A DNA stretch of 55,516 nucleotides from contig CAJNYD010000552.1 in NCBI GenBank assembly GCA_905331295.1, positions 1 through 55,516 on the forward strand, given 5' to 3'. Position 1 is the first letter of the stretch, and each line of letters opens with the position of its first letter. Position numbers and translations under genes: made by a program. Positions 23,697 to 36,000 of the stretch are shown here, piece by piece. The notes under the pieces are model-generated. The model did not search any database. It was not told where the DNA came from and saw nothing but the letters and a program-made list of their open reading frames with translations. This DNA comes from Rotaria socialis (Eukaryota).

Positions 23697-24167
23697 ATGG
23701 ATGCTCTCTGCGAACAAATAGATAAGTTAACCGTTGATTATCTTGAAGAATTTGGTCATTTACTTGCTTGTAAAACATTACTTGATGATACAATTAAACA
23801 AGGCTATTTTAATATTTCGCGTGCACGCATTATAATGGGTGTTAATAATCTTTCACGTTTGCAATATTCTGAAAAAGATCCAATGATAGCATCGACAAAA
23901 ATATCTATGACATCATCACCATTTAATATTGAGAAAAATATGGACAAAGAACATAGTGACGATGCCTTGAAATGGTTTGGTTTGTTAAGTCCATTGACAT
24001 TAAAACAAAGTCAAAAATCTTTTCAACAAACAATTGATTTATCATTAGAAGCTTGTCGACGACAAGAAAATATTTTACAATTAAAAAGCCGAATAGAACA
24101 ATTATTAAAAGAGAAAAAAATATTTTTAACTAAAGAAAATTTTAATGAAAATAAAAAAGATGAATAA
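23697..24167 (+). CDS. CCDC115: V-ATPase assembly factor CCDC115/Vma22 homolog (156 aa, intronless)
   Basis: Motifs IKQGYFNISRARIIMG..LSRLQY and DALKWFGLLSPLTLKQSQKSFQQ, plus a C-terminal coiled coil. Confidence 0.88.
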   Translation: MDALCEQIDKLTVDYLEEFGHLLACKTLLDDTIKQGYFNISRARIIMGVNNLSRLQYSEKDPMIASTKISMTSSPFNIEKNMDKEHSDDALKWFGLLSPLTLKQSQKSFQQTIDLSLEACRRQENILQLKSRIEQLLKEKKIFLTKENFNENKKDE

Positions 24168-24198
24168 ATTTTATTGTAGATTATTTTAATTTAATAAA

Positions 24199-27100
24199 AT
24201 GACTCAACCAAACCGTGTACAGGTCATTCGACAAAATCAAAGTATCAATGAATTTATCTATGAACGAGATAGTACTGCTCAAGATATTTCATATGAACAA
24301 ATTCTATTGAACCAACATGAATATAATAGTGTTGGTTGGAGACGCTTAGAAATAATTCAAACGTTACCTCTAAAAGAAAACTGGCCGATAACGATGGGAA
24401 ATGGTGTTGCAGCGATTTCAAGTGGATTTTTAGGTTAGTCACTCAGATAAAATAGATTTGTATTATTTCCAAGATTGAGTAAATAGTATTTTACACGTGT
24501 ATTTCCATGGGGTCTCTACTAGAATATACACAAGTATCTTCAAATCGCCTGAAACTTTCAGAGCTTGTAATCGACGTTGATATAAGACTTTCTGTGTTGC
24601 CAGTTTCTTTAAATCAACCGAAAGGCACATNNNNNNNNNNNNNNNNNNNNNNNNNNNNNNNNNNNNNNNNNNNNNNNNNNNNNNNNNNNNNNNNNNNNNN
24701 NNNNNNNNNNNNNNNNNNNNNNNNNNNNNNTATGTCTCAGATGACCAGTAGTTTTGGGGTTTTCCAAATGCCTGGCTGTGTAGCTAGTCAAAAGGACTAT
24801 CGAAAGGTAAAAACCCGAACTCGATAGCTATTAATATTAGTGATTTATTAGGAAAATGCTGATGCCTGTATCTATCACATATCTCTTATAGATTCATGAG
24901 GTTGCGTACGATCGTAATCCTGCTAGATGCAAACGCAAATCCATTAAAAAATAACTATTCTTACCCAGTTTTCTAAGCTAAACACGAATCTGAACTCAAT
25001 TCCTGTGATTTCTAAAGATATTATATTATTCTGAGAGTAGAGTCAGCGGTCACCGGATAGGATCGCATACAGTGTGGTCTACGCTAACTTAGCACGCCTG
25101 TATTTTCTCCTTGCAATTTAGTGATAAAAAAAAGTGAATACACCTTTTTACTTTTTGAAGTACACATAACACTCGGATTTAAATCCGAGGTTTTCGCATT
25201 TATTTTTACTAAAGCTGGATAAATTAATTTATCTATAGTGTACAGCAATTATCAGTTTTTAAGACCAACTTCCTAATAACATCATAAGTTCCTTAGAGAA
25301 ATTTGAAAATTGTACAAGTTTTTCGGTTGGGATCGGTTCGACTCGGTTAAATACTAATTCGGTTCGATTCGGCTCGGTTAAAATTTTTAAAAATAAAAAT
25401 CGGTTGTGCTCGGTTCGGTTTAAAAAAATCCTTAACCGATCGCATCTCTGATTGCGATACGACCTTTATGAGTTCGTATCGATCGATATTTCTCTAGTGT
25501 GTTAATACACAGATGTGTAGCTCTTGAAAAGCTCTAACCAACCATGTTAATATTGTCTTGTTGAGCTACACCTATGTGTTATAAAAAGTCTGATTTTCAT
25601 TGAAGGTCGGACTCAATTACAGGCAATATTCATGCACTGACTCTACCGATGCAGGCATTGTAAAAACAAGGGTGGGAGGAATAAATGTACTAGAAACGAT
25701 GCTCCAACAGTGTCTATAGCAGTTTCAGATAGATTCGATCGCATATTTTTGGGGGACCGATTTCAGCTGACAACGAAACCCCTACTTTTATCGTTTCGCA
25801 TTTGGGCAAATCAAAAAAAGTGAATGTTCTAATCTAGTTCAGGTTGTAGAGAATTAGTTTCTCTACAAAACCCGATATCTGGCTTCTCGTGGGAATTCCG
25901 TTTTCCGCCAAGTTTTTTCTTTTCAAGATCGCATACTGAAATTTGCGGGCTGTGATCAATGAGTGACTCAGTGCATGGTAAAAAGATAGAGCAAAATGGA
26001 TCATGTATTAATCAAAACGTAGTTAAGACCATGAGCATCAAAATGATATACAACATGCACGTATCTCTAGAACGTATTTTTGTATCAACAAACAGATTCA
26101 TTTTTAAAAAAATTTTAATTTTCTTAATTTTTTGAAAATTTTCAAGTTTGTCGCCACTAATACTCATGTGCCTTTCGGTTGATTTAAAGAAACTGGCAAC
26201 ACAGAAAGTCTTATATCAACGTCGATTACAAGCTCTGAAAGTTTCAGGCGATTTGAAGATACTTGTGTATATTCTAGTAGAGACCCACAGGTAAAACCTT
26301 TTCTTGTTCAAGTCGAACTAAAGCAGCTAATCATGACATTTAAATGTCAAGAAAAAGAAAAAAAATGTAATCACGCGAAATGGTATCAAAAGAAAAACAA
26401 TAACCAGTGATTCAGGATTCATGTGGGAATTGTCTACTTCTAAAATTTGATCAGCTTAGCTAACTATACATTAGGTGGTTACGAGTAACGCTGTAATATA
26501 ATGCAGCGTCAGTGCCGCATGTCGTGATTGTCGACATATGTATGAGTGCTTCTTGCTTGACGACAGTAATTGTTGAGTTTAATTCATTTTTCTTTTCATG
26601 TATTCATTTACTTTACCATTATCACCGTCCATAGACGATTTTACATTATACATGAATTCTTTTAGTTGTACATTATTGCTTTCTATTTCTGTGACGTGAT
26701 CTCAAGTGAAGTAAATTGCGCAATCGTGTCAACTTTGATTCCCATGCTTGTATATTAGTAATTCGAAAAAGCTAAAATACTTTTAAACGTTGATGTCCCA
26801 TTAAGTATCTCAACAGGTTGCAGAATATCAGTAATAAATAACAAAAAGTTCAAGAGGCATTATCAAACTACATGAAACTAATCAATATTTGTATGTGATA
26901 CATTTGATATACGATTAACTTCTATGCCATATGTTCATGAGAATGTCACTTCAATGAGTTTTCTTGTAATTGATGTACCAGTCGGTACATGCAAATATTT
27001 TTTTGTTCATTGATATATGAAAAATAAAATTATCACTATTATGACTTCGACTGAATCAGGCTTGAGAATCCTTTGTAATTCTCTGTCCGTGATATTTATT

Positions 27101-28594
27101 TACTTGCTGTATCATTATCTACGATGCATCTTCTCTGTTGTTTTTTATAGGTTTCTCGTTATTTCGTTAAACAGTAGTAGTAGTAGTAGTAGTAGTAGTG
27201 TAAGTGACCTTGAACTGAACAAATAAACGGATCAGTGTTACCTGTTATATAGAATAAGACAACTGATGAAAAGTGATTAGCTAATACTTGTTAAGACGTA
27301 TTAATAGTTTAATATGATAAGTATAAAACAGAATTCCTAATAGTTTAATTTGTTATGGTGACTGTTAATCAAAATATATTGAGAATTATTCACTAAACAA
27401 ATAGATCTTTATTTGCTAAATGAAACAGATTTGTTCATTTATTATTGACATTGACTACGTTAGTAGTATCAATTATTTATAAATACGTTAGAATTCCATA
27501 AAATAAATGCTAACCTTAATTTTTTGTTCTATGTATGAAAAGATATCCTTGTATGAAGATTCATCTCAAGTATATTAATATAGGAGAACTTGTTTGTCTT
27601 TTATAATCTTAACATTTCAAATCAAAGTCTAGTTCATTTTTTATTTGTACTTTCAATGTAACATTCGTCAAAGTTTAAGTTTGCATATTGATATACGCAT
27701 ATGTATTACGTCATACACGTAGCAGCTAGAAAAGATAAAGTAAAGTAAAGATTTGATTAGAAAAAAAAAGAAGAGAACGCGATAAGAGAAAGACGAACTG
27801 TATACTATAGGCAAATAACTAAACCGTGTAATTAACGATAGAAATCATAATTTGTTAATCTCCATGTTGATAATATTGATCTAGACGACGAAAAAGAAAA
27901 AATTGTATCAGAAAGACTTAAAACCTACTTTCTCATGCGATCATTTCTTTTATTTATATATCTATTGATTCATTATGAAAGAATATCATCTATGGTATTA
28001 GAAATTATGTTTTGATTTTTGTATCTAGGTGGCATGATAACACGTCGTGTGGCACGTAATTTATTACTTCATTTATCTTCCAGTACGCTTCCAGCAAGCG
28101 GTGCTTGTCTACTTGTTTGTAGTGTGACACATTTAACAAGTTATTATTATTCTGTTCTACGACCAATGCTTTCCAATGATCCAATGTTATGTTCAACATG
28201 TCTAGAAATACGTGCATTTGCTCTCGGAAGTTTTATACCTCTAACATTTGGAACAAGTATAGCAGTTCTAAGTAACTTTTCAACATGTCTAATAAATAAA
28301 ACTATACGTTTACCACAATTTCAAATTCAAGCATATCCTGAGTGGATACGTTTTTTTCGTAAACATGCATTTAAGGGAATGTCTCGTGGACATTTTTTTG
28401 CTTTTCCATTAATAAATGGATTTTTAGCATCAATGATATTTATGGGTCAAAATTATTATTGGAAAAATAATCTTCAATATCGTTTGGCTACGCTTGAAAA
28501 AGAATTATCTTATTCAGAACCTAAAAAACGAAATAAAATATTTGCATCTATTGAAGATTTTTTCATCCGATTGGTTGGTAGAAAAACAAAATAA
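24199..28594 (+). CDS. TMEM126-like membrane protein (~266 aa); exons 24199-24433 and 28029-28594, separated by a TE-filled intron
   Basis: Phase-1 donor GTTAGT at 24434 matches the acceptor at 28027-28, giving ...SSGFLGGMITRR. Several hydrophobic segments plus LCSTCLEIRAFALG and KTIRLP motifs resemble the TMEM126 family. Confidence 0.65.
24510..26286. mobile_element. TIR DNA-transposon ends (GGGTCTCTACTAG...) spanning an N gap, with internal TE debris
   Basis: 24510-24630 is the exact reverse complement of ~26166-26286. No TSD (CATG vs ACAG), and a 100-N gap lies between them, so these may be two copies. A TCGGTT-repeat arm at 25320-25450 ends in the hAT-like CGCATCTCTG. Confidence 0.7.
27173..27199. 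repeat. (AGT)n microsatellite
   Basis: Direct reading of the sequence. Confidence 0.9.
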
Positions 28595-28713
28595 TGAATG
28601 AAAGAGAAATTGAATTGTTTAGTACAATCTCCTTGTTTGCGTATAGATCTTGACGATTTGTTAAAATTTAAACATAAAATCCTCAAAGCGTGTTTATTCG
28701 TTTTCAGATCGAA

Positions 28714-29049
28714 ATGGCAAAAGAAAAGTCAGAAAATGTGCAACAAGCCACAAGTAAACTGACATTATTATTTGTAGCTATTGCTGGGGGCATCGTGGCT
28801 ATATGTCTTCAGCCATTAATAATTTTATTGTGTGCACATCTTGGCATAACGATTGCGCCAATATCATATCAAGAAGTATCTACTAGAACAACTCCCGAAC
28901 AAATACCATTAACAACAACAATCGCCACTACTAACAAACCACAAACGACTACCATAAAAACAATCGTAGTAAAAAATGATCCAACTATTGATGAAGAACC
29001 TATATTATTAAAAAATGAACCGATAACTATAAAATTTCCTGAATCAACA

Positions 29050-29081
<32 letters not shown>

Positions 29082-30696
29082 AACAGCAACAACAAAAAAA
29101 CCGAAATCATCAACGACAAAAACAAGCACAAAAAAAGTTGAGCAATCAGATGAAACATCAAAAACAGCTAAGTTGGAAAAAGAACTTTCACAACCGGATA
29201 TCATCGATGTTACAGGAAGAAATAAAGAAATTCCAGAGGAAGTTAAAAATTTCAAATCAACTAGAATAAGTATGTTTACTTATATACACAGATACTAATA
29301 TTTAATGAGCGATAAATGATATAACTTGTATAACATTTATTTTCTTTTGCTTTGTAAGACATGATAAAAACGAAAAAATTATGGATACCTATTCCGAACT
29401 CTAACGGTGGTCATCGTCGGGTACCGCCTGTTGCTATTCGTGCTGGTAAAGAGCACAAGAGTAGTGTCAAGTAAACTAAACAAAAAAAAAAGATTTAATT
29501 GACGTGTTCATATCCCACGCTGCTATGCTCATGATTATCTTCTGTCGTTGATAGTTTTTGTTTAATTTCAATTTTTTGTTTTGTTTTAGGCATTGGCTAT
29601 TTGAAGAATTTCTTTCACATGATGAATGTGTAAATCTAATAAAAGTTCATAAAGAACATGTGAAAAAAATGAAAGAAATCGATCCAATTATATGTTTTGA
29701 TAGTATTCAAACGTTACGTAAACATCTAAAAGATTTAAAACCGAATACAGAACTTCATGTTACACCGAATGACTTTACTAAAGGTTAAAAAGGAAAATTG
29801 TTTTCGCTGTCATTTTTATTTTCACAAGTTACTTGTTTGTGTAGGCACGACATGTGTAAATGCAACATTTTCATCGACACTTAAACAGTGGGGATTAAAA
29901 TGGTCGTACTCAACAGCATTTTATCTTGGTGAAAGTCCATTTTCAACAACATTATCAAAACGTATCGAAGAAGCAACTGAATTACAATCAAATCACGGTG
30001 GTAAATTTCAAATAACATCAACAGAAAAAGGCGTCGGTAAGTCATCGATTGAAAACGATGTTCGATCGAATGTTCCTTTCCTATTAGGTTACAAAGCTCA
30101 TCACGATTGTACTTTGAATGGACTGAAACAAGATCGTTATGCTACATTTTTATCGTATTTAAATACTGTAAAGAAAGGCGGCGAAACTGAATTTCAAGGT
30201 AAACAAATTATTTTTAATTTAATTTAATTTAAGTAAGAAAATAAAAGTTTGTTTTCTCTTAAAGATTTAGAAATAAAAATTAGTCCAAAAGAAGGTCGTG
30301 CTATTGTATGGAATAATATGAATGCAGATGGAGTCTGTGAAGAAAATAGTATTCACTCAGCGAATATTGTTGAAGATGAAGAAGAAAAATTCGTTATACA
30401 ACGATGGTAAATCTATTTATCAAATATCAATTTATTCCTTTGTTTCTCAATTGAAGGTATTATTATGAAGATTTCTATTCACTTGGTAAACGTCCACCAG
30501 AACCAAATCAACCAGAACGAAGTTCAGGTCAAGCACGTGTCTCATGTGACGAATATGACATGGGAAGTTGTCGTGCTTATGGTAGTGAATAATATTATTC
30601 TTATTAATTGAATCTAATTATATTTAACTTAATTTAGACGAATGGAATTACGATCATTTATTGAAATATCGCAATGTCAACCATAATCTTGTCTAG
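28714..30696 (+). CDS. Type II membrane prolyl 4-hydroxylase-like 2OG-Fe(II) dioxygenase with a Thr-rich stalk (multi-exon)
   Basis: N-terminal TM segment and poly-Thr stalk. Exons give WLFEEFLSHDEC, YKAHHDC (HxD), RYATFLSYLNTVKKGGETEF, ISPKEGRAIVWNN, SIHSA (distal His) and EKFVIQRW. Confidence 0.85.
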
Positions 30697-31688
30697 CAAA
30701 TAATAATTAGCTGTGCTTTTTTTAAATATTTATGATTGCTTTATTGCGATAAGTAAATAAAAGAATATACACATTCATAAATTGAATTATGATAATAAAA
30801 CAAGAAAAAAGAACTCGATTGATTTTCTATTGATCTCGTTGATTATACTGCATTAGTGCATGGCCTGTGAAGTCACAGAAAAGAAAAACACCGGATCGAA
30901 AATAAATACGTGATAGATGCGAGATGGTTTATAAGTATACATATATATATATATATATATATTCTCACTTATGCGTACGGACAGGCTCAATGATTATGTT
31001 GTAAGATCATGTGCATATACAAACAAACCAACTACAAATTGATTGATGTGTTGTAACTATTCTCTTGTTTTCTCCTAATGGTATGAGTCGTATCGTTTCT
31101 CTTTGTCAATTAATATTCTAGTCTGTGAATAATGTAACAATCGGGATCGAAAAACGCCTACTAGCCACGACGACAAATGATATTTACGTTACTTTAACAT
31201 CTGTTACTCAAGACATGAGTGTTGTCACCGTCGTTTTTCTTCTCTTCGTATCGTTCTTTATTAAGAATACGTACAGAATATATCTAAATGCAAAAAAAAA
31301 CGATAATGAGAGAAAGAAAGAAAAAAGAGTTGAGTTTATGAGAAAGAGAGAGAGAGAGAGAGAGAGTCGCATAAGAGACGTAACATTTGTCGTCTCTCTA
31401 TCTTACTCTCTCTTCATCGATGTCGATGAATAAGCCACAAATAGTAGAAAAAAAAAAGAATAACAACAAATCTATTAACTTTTTTCCTATGCTTGTGTTG
31501 TTTGCCTTTCTCTCTCTCTCCTTCTCTGTCTTTTCAACCGAATATCTTCACGTTTATAACTAAATTGAGCGAAGGATAACAAATACCTAAGATTTTTGTG
31601 CTGCTTACATGTGCAACTGCTCATTTTTTTTAATATTTTATTTTCATATCAATACAATAGTGCAAATCGAGCAAAACCACGAACAACA

Positions 31689-32980
31689 ATGAAAAAATCG
31701 CGACTACTTGTTGTAGCCTTGATTGTTGGTATAGTTGCACATGTCGGTAAGTTTATTTGAAAGTTAAACAAATTCTATATCATGACCATGACCTTGCTTG
31801 AGAATGTATATAACACTTATCAATTATCTATCAGCAAAAACTTATCTGATTGCAAGAGAAAATAAACAAAATCATCATTAAATAATTTGATCGAGATTTT
31901 ATTTTATTTTGTCTTCTAGGACAAGCAGATGAACTCAATTTTCAAAAAATATTTTCTAAAGTAGCAACAACTGCTCAGGATCAAAATATTTTATCACAAC
32001 TTGAAGAACGTTTGCCAAAATTCCTTGCTATAAATAGTAAGTAATAACAAAAAAGAAAGGAACAAGAAATTATTCATGTTATATATCATTACGAAACCAT
32101 AAACATGCCATAATAAAAACCAAATAACATAGGAAATATTAAATGATTTTCTTTTCTTTTTCTATTTTTCGTAGTACCTTCAAATGAAAATGTCGACAAG
32201 TTAGTTAATACATGTCATGCATATCGTCTTATGATTTCTTTTTATTGTACAGAGCATTTCCAAAATTTAAAGAAGCACTTCGACTAATTCCTGCAAACAT
32301 TAAATGCGACAGTCTACTTGATGCCACGAGCGCTCGAGATCTATTTCCTGCAATACAACCAATATATCGTTATCTCAAGGTTTGATATATTTGCGTTTTG
32401 TTGTAATCGATCAATCATTATTTTTTTTGCATCGCCAATAATAGCTCTCTATTTTAAGATGTTATTCTCCTTCTATTGAATCGGTTCATTGCACATTATG
32501 TTCCAGGTATCCTTGAGTGTTGAAAAGAAATCATTTGTGCAATCATTCATCGATTTGAAATGCGATGACACATGAGATTTATTATTTTCTTTTCAATTGA
32601 AGTAGTGTTTTCCTGTGAAAAAATATTTCTTTCAAGGATAAACACCGGACTCGCTAGAGCTTATTACAATGGATATTTTCGATTATGAATAGCATTGAAA
32701 AGAAATATTATATTTGTCTTTGACAGATATTATTTATTAATGTAAGAGTATTAATAATCGAGATAAAAAATTAGATGAATTCACAGGAGAATATTAGTTA
32801 TTATTGTCTTACAGATTCAGTGAATAATCGAATTTCTAATTTAGTAGACCTTTCAATGATATACCTATAATCTGTCTTTGTAAAAAACGACGATGGTGAC
32901 CTCTGAAGAACGGCTTAACACTTTACCGTATAGAATTGAGAATGTCAATGTTACATTAATGGTCATGACTATTCATTGAG

Positions 32981-33015
<35 letters not shown>

Positions 33016-36000
33016 GTACAATTTCAAAGTCGAATCGAATACCAAGACAGAACAAACATTTAAGAAAACTATAATCATTTACAAAGTGTGTCTGAGATTA
33101 GCTTGGCTGCTTTTATTGAACAATGAAATTGATAGTTTTTGGGCGAACGAAGATAAAAGAGTAGAATTTCTGCGTGTAGAAAGTTGAAACACAAGCGTAT
33201 CGCTCAAAATGCCTTTAATTATTTTAAGGTAACCAATACACGAGGAGAACAGGGCAAACAGCCTTCAATAATTACAGTCATATAAAAACTATTTTTATGG
33301 CTTATGAATTAATAGGAAATTTTCTCCGTAGGAAATATTTTCATCGGAAAAAGAAACAAAACTATTTACTGTTATTGACACGAGAGCCATGCAATTATGA
33401 ACTTGATAGAAGGCAAGCTCAATACAAATCTGGAATTAATATTTTGATTACTCAAGTTTTACATTTCTATTATTCAGCAAGAGAGAGAGAGAGAGCCTAT
33501 CGGGATTTATTAGATTTATTTAGATTAATCTATTGATATCATATTTAACATTCGAACTTCAACAAGACGAGCAATATTATTCTGATCGTGTCTCTATCAG
33601 GTGTCTAGTCTTAGCATAATACCCTACATTCTACGATAGGACATATACAGTGAAGGACTTTTAATCTGCTGATTAGAAAATAAAAGAAAATTGAAATAGA
33701 ATTAATACATCTGTTCGAACAAAATCTGCTTAAAAAAAAATTTTCAAGAATTTTTCTCTTTGAATAGAAAAAGAAGAAGTAAAGTAACAGTTAACATGTC
33801 TTTTTTCTTGAACTATAGGACACAGTATGGAAATCAATATTGAAATTAATTGATTTACCGCAAGAATTACGTCGAATTCCAGCACAAAATTTAGCTGAAA
33901 CAAATTTAAATAATCTACTATCATATTCTGATGAAGACACGGTTTCAAACGTACTTGAATTGAATTCAAATCGACAGGTAAAAATTTCATACGCAAATGC
34001 ATTCTGTTCTTCTTTCAATATTCTATTGGTTTATTGATTGTAGGATTTTAGTGATGGTCAAAAATCAATCCTCGTTCAAAACTATATCGATAAAATAAAA
34101 ACAAAACTTAATCCAGCTAATTTTCAGCAGTTAATAACACAGAGATTAGGCGCATCATTTCTTCGCTATCTTCCGTTGGATTTTCTTCTTAATAATTCAA
34201 TTTTCAATGACAATGGCGTTATTCGTAATGTGTTTGTATTGTTTCGAAAAGAAAACACAAAGGAACATTGTTTTCATTTCAAATATGACTCTATGTTTAT
34301 TCTAGTGCAACATGGCTCAATTTACTGAGTCCATTACAACGTGATGCTATCTCAAATAAAGTCTATCGATCATTAACAGATACTACAGGTAAAATAGTAC
34401 AAAATACAAATCCATTACGATTAACAACTGATGATCCAAGTGCATTGGACATGGTTGCTCGTATGATGCCGAGTTTATCGACAAGACAAATAATCAATGC
34501 TGTTGGAGATAAAATTGTAAAGTTTTCTTCGTAGATTTACACACCAACTCGGTTTTGTTGTTTTCACAAAGGTTCCATTACTTGACCGATCAAGTGTTCG
34601 AGAAGATCAATCGTGTGCAACTTCTCTTGCGTTACTTAATCGAACATTAGAAACAAAACGCTCCACAAATCGTCATTTTCGACCTAATCCACAGTAAAAA
34701 AAAAGGAACAATAAAGAAATGATTCTTTGAGCGAAACGAACTTTTTTCTAAGGTTGATTCAACGATGGCAAGAATGTTATAGTGGTTGTGATTTAAGTGA
34801 TCTCTTTACGGACCGACAAGATTTGAAAGAATTATTAAAAAATCATCCAAATCCAGAAGTAAATCGAAACTAATTGAATTCAATGAGTTTGTAAAGCGAT
34901 GCTTTTATTTTTATTTTTTTCTAAAGAGTTGCGACCGTTTAGTTAATGAAGTTAAAAAAGAATATGATCTTGAACGTAGTGTTACAGTAAATAAATTACG
35001 CGATGTATCAGGTGATAATTAAACAAGAGAATTTTAATTAGGAAGCTAATTAATACATTTTCGAATTTAGATGCGTTCGGTTCAATTTATAGAACTGATG
35101 AAATAAGTGATTTAAGCGATGAACTTATGGCTGAATTAGGTAGAGATGAAAAAACCCTTGAAAAACTTGGTGCACAAGATTTAACACCCAATGAAGTAAG
35201 CAGTCTTTTTCATTTGGTTCCTGAATCTTACATTTGATTTAGGCACGAACAATTATGAATAAAATTCCACGATCAATACAAAATATTTGGGGTAAAAATA
35301 TGCTTGGTAAATTAGGTAATTTAATACCCGGTATTGATAATACTATACTTAAACAAATATTAACACGTGGACGTGGTGATTTACCACCACTATTCAATAA
35401 TACATCGCCATCATTTATTCGAAAACTTGTACCAAGTAAAATTCGTCTTCTCATTGATCAGGTAAATCGCACAGAAAATGAATATCGATTAGAAAATTTT
35501 CTTCGTTGTCTCCTTGTTTCTTTTTTGTAATTACTTAAGTATGCTACTGAGCCAAATCTTGCAAAATATCGCCAATTATTAGAATCGAATTATGCAAAAA
35601 AATATATTAAATCTGAAACATTAAATCAAATTCTTCATCTAGCACCTGATGTACTTCGTTTAATTCGTTTTACACCCGCTCAGGTAAGATCTTATTGAAG
35701 AGAATAAAACAACGATATATATATATATATATATTTATTTGAAAATTCTTTAGGCTTCAGCTGCTATAGGCAATCGTTTAGGTTTAGATAAGAAATTTGA
35801 TGGAAGTCTTGGTAACTTTGGAATGATAAGTAATTTTATCAATGGGTTAACAAAAAGCGATATTGAAAAAATAAAACCTGAAGAATCACTTCAAGCTGTA
35901 CAACAAGCATTTGGTAGTTCAAAAACTAAAAATATTGATAATCAAATGCAATCAAATACTGTAATTCAGAGACACTTTTGAAAACAAAATAAATAAAATT

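Noticed and set aside
24507..24827. ORFs spanning the N gap
   Set aside because: Artefacts of reading through Ns within TIR sequence.
28869..29255. 128-aa minus-strand poly-Val ORF
   Set aside because: It is the antisense shadow of the Thr-rich stalk of the P4H-like gene.
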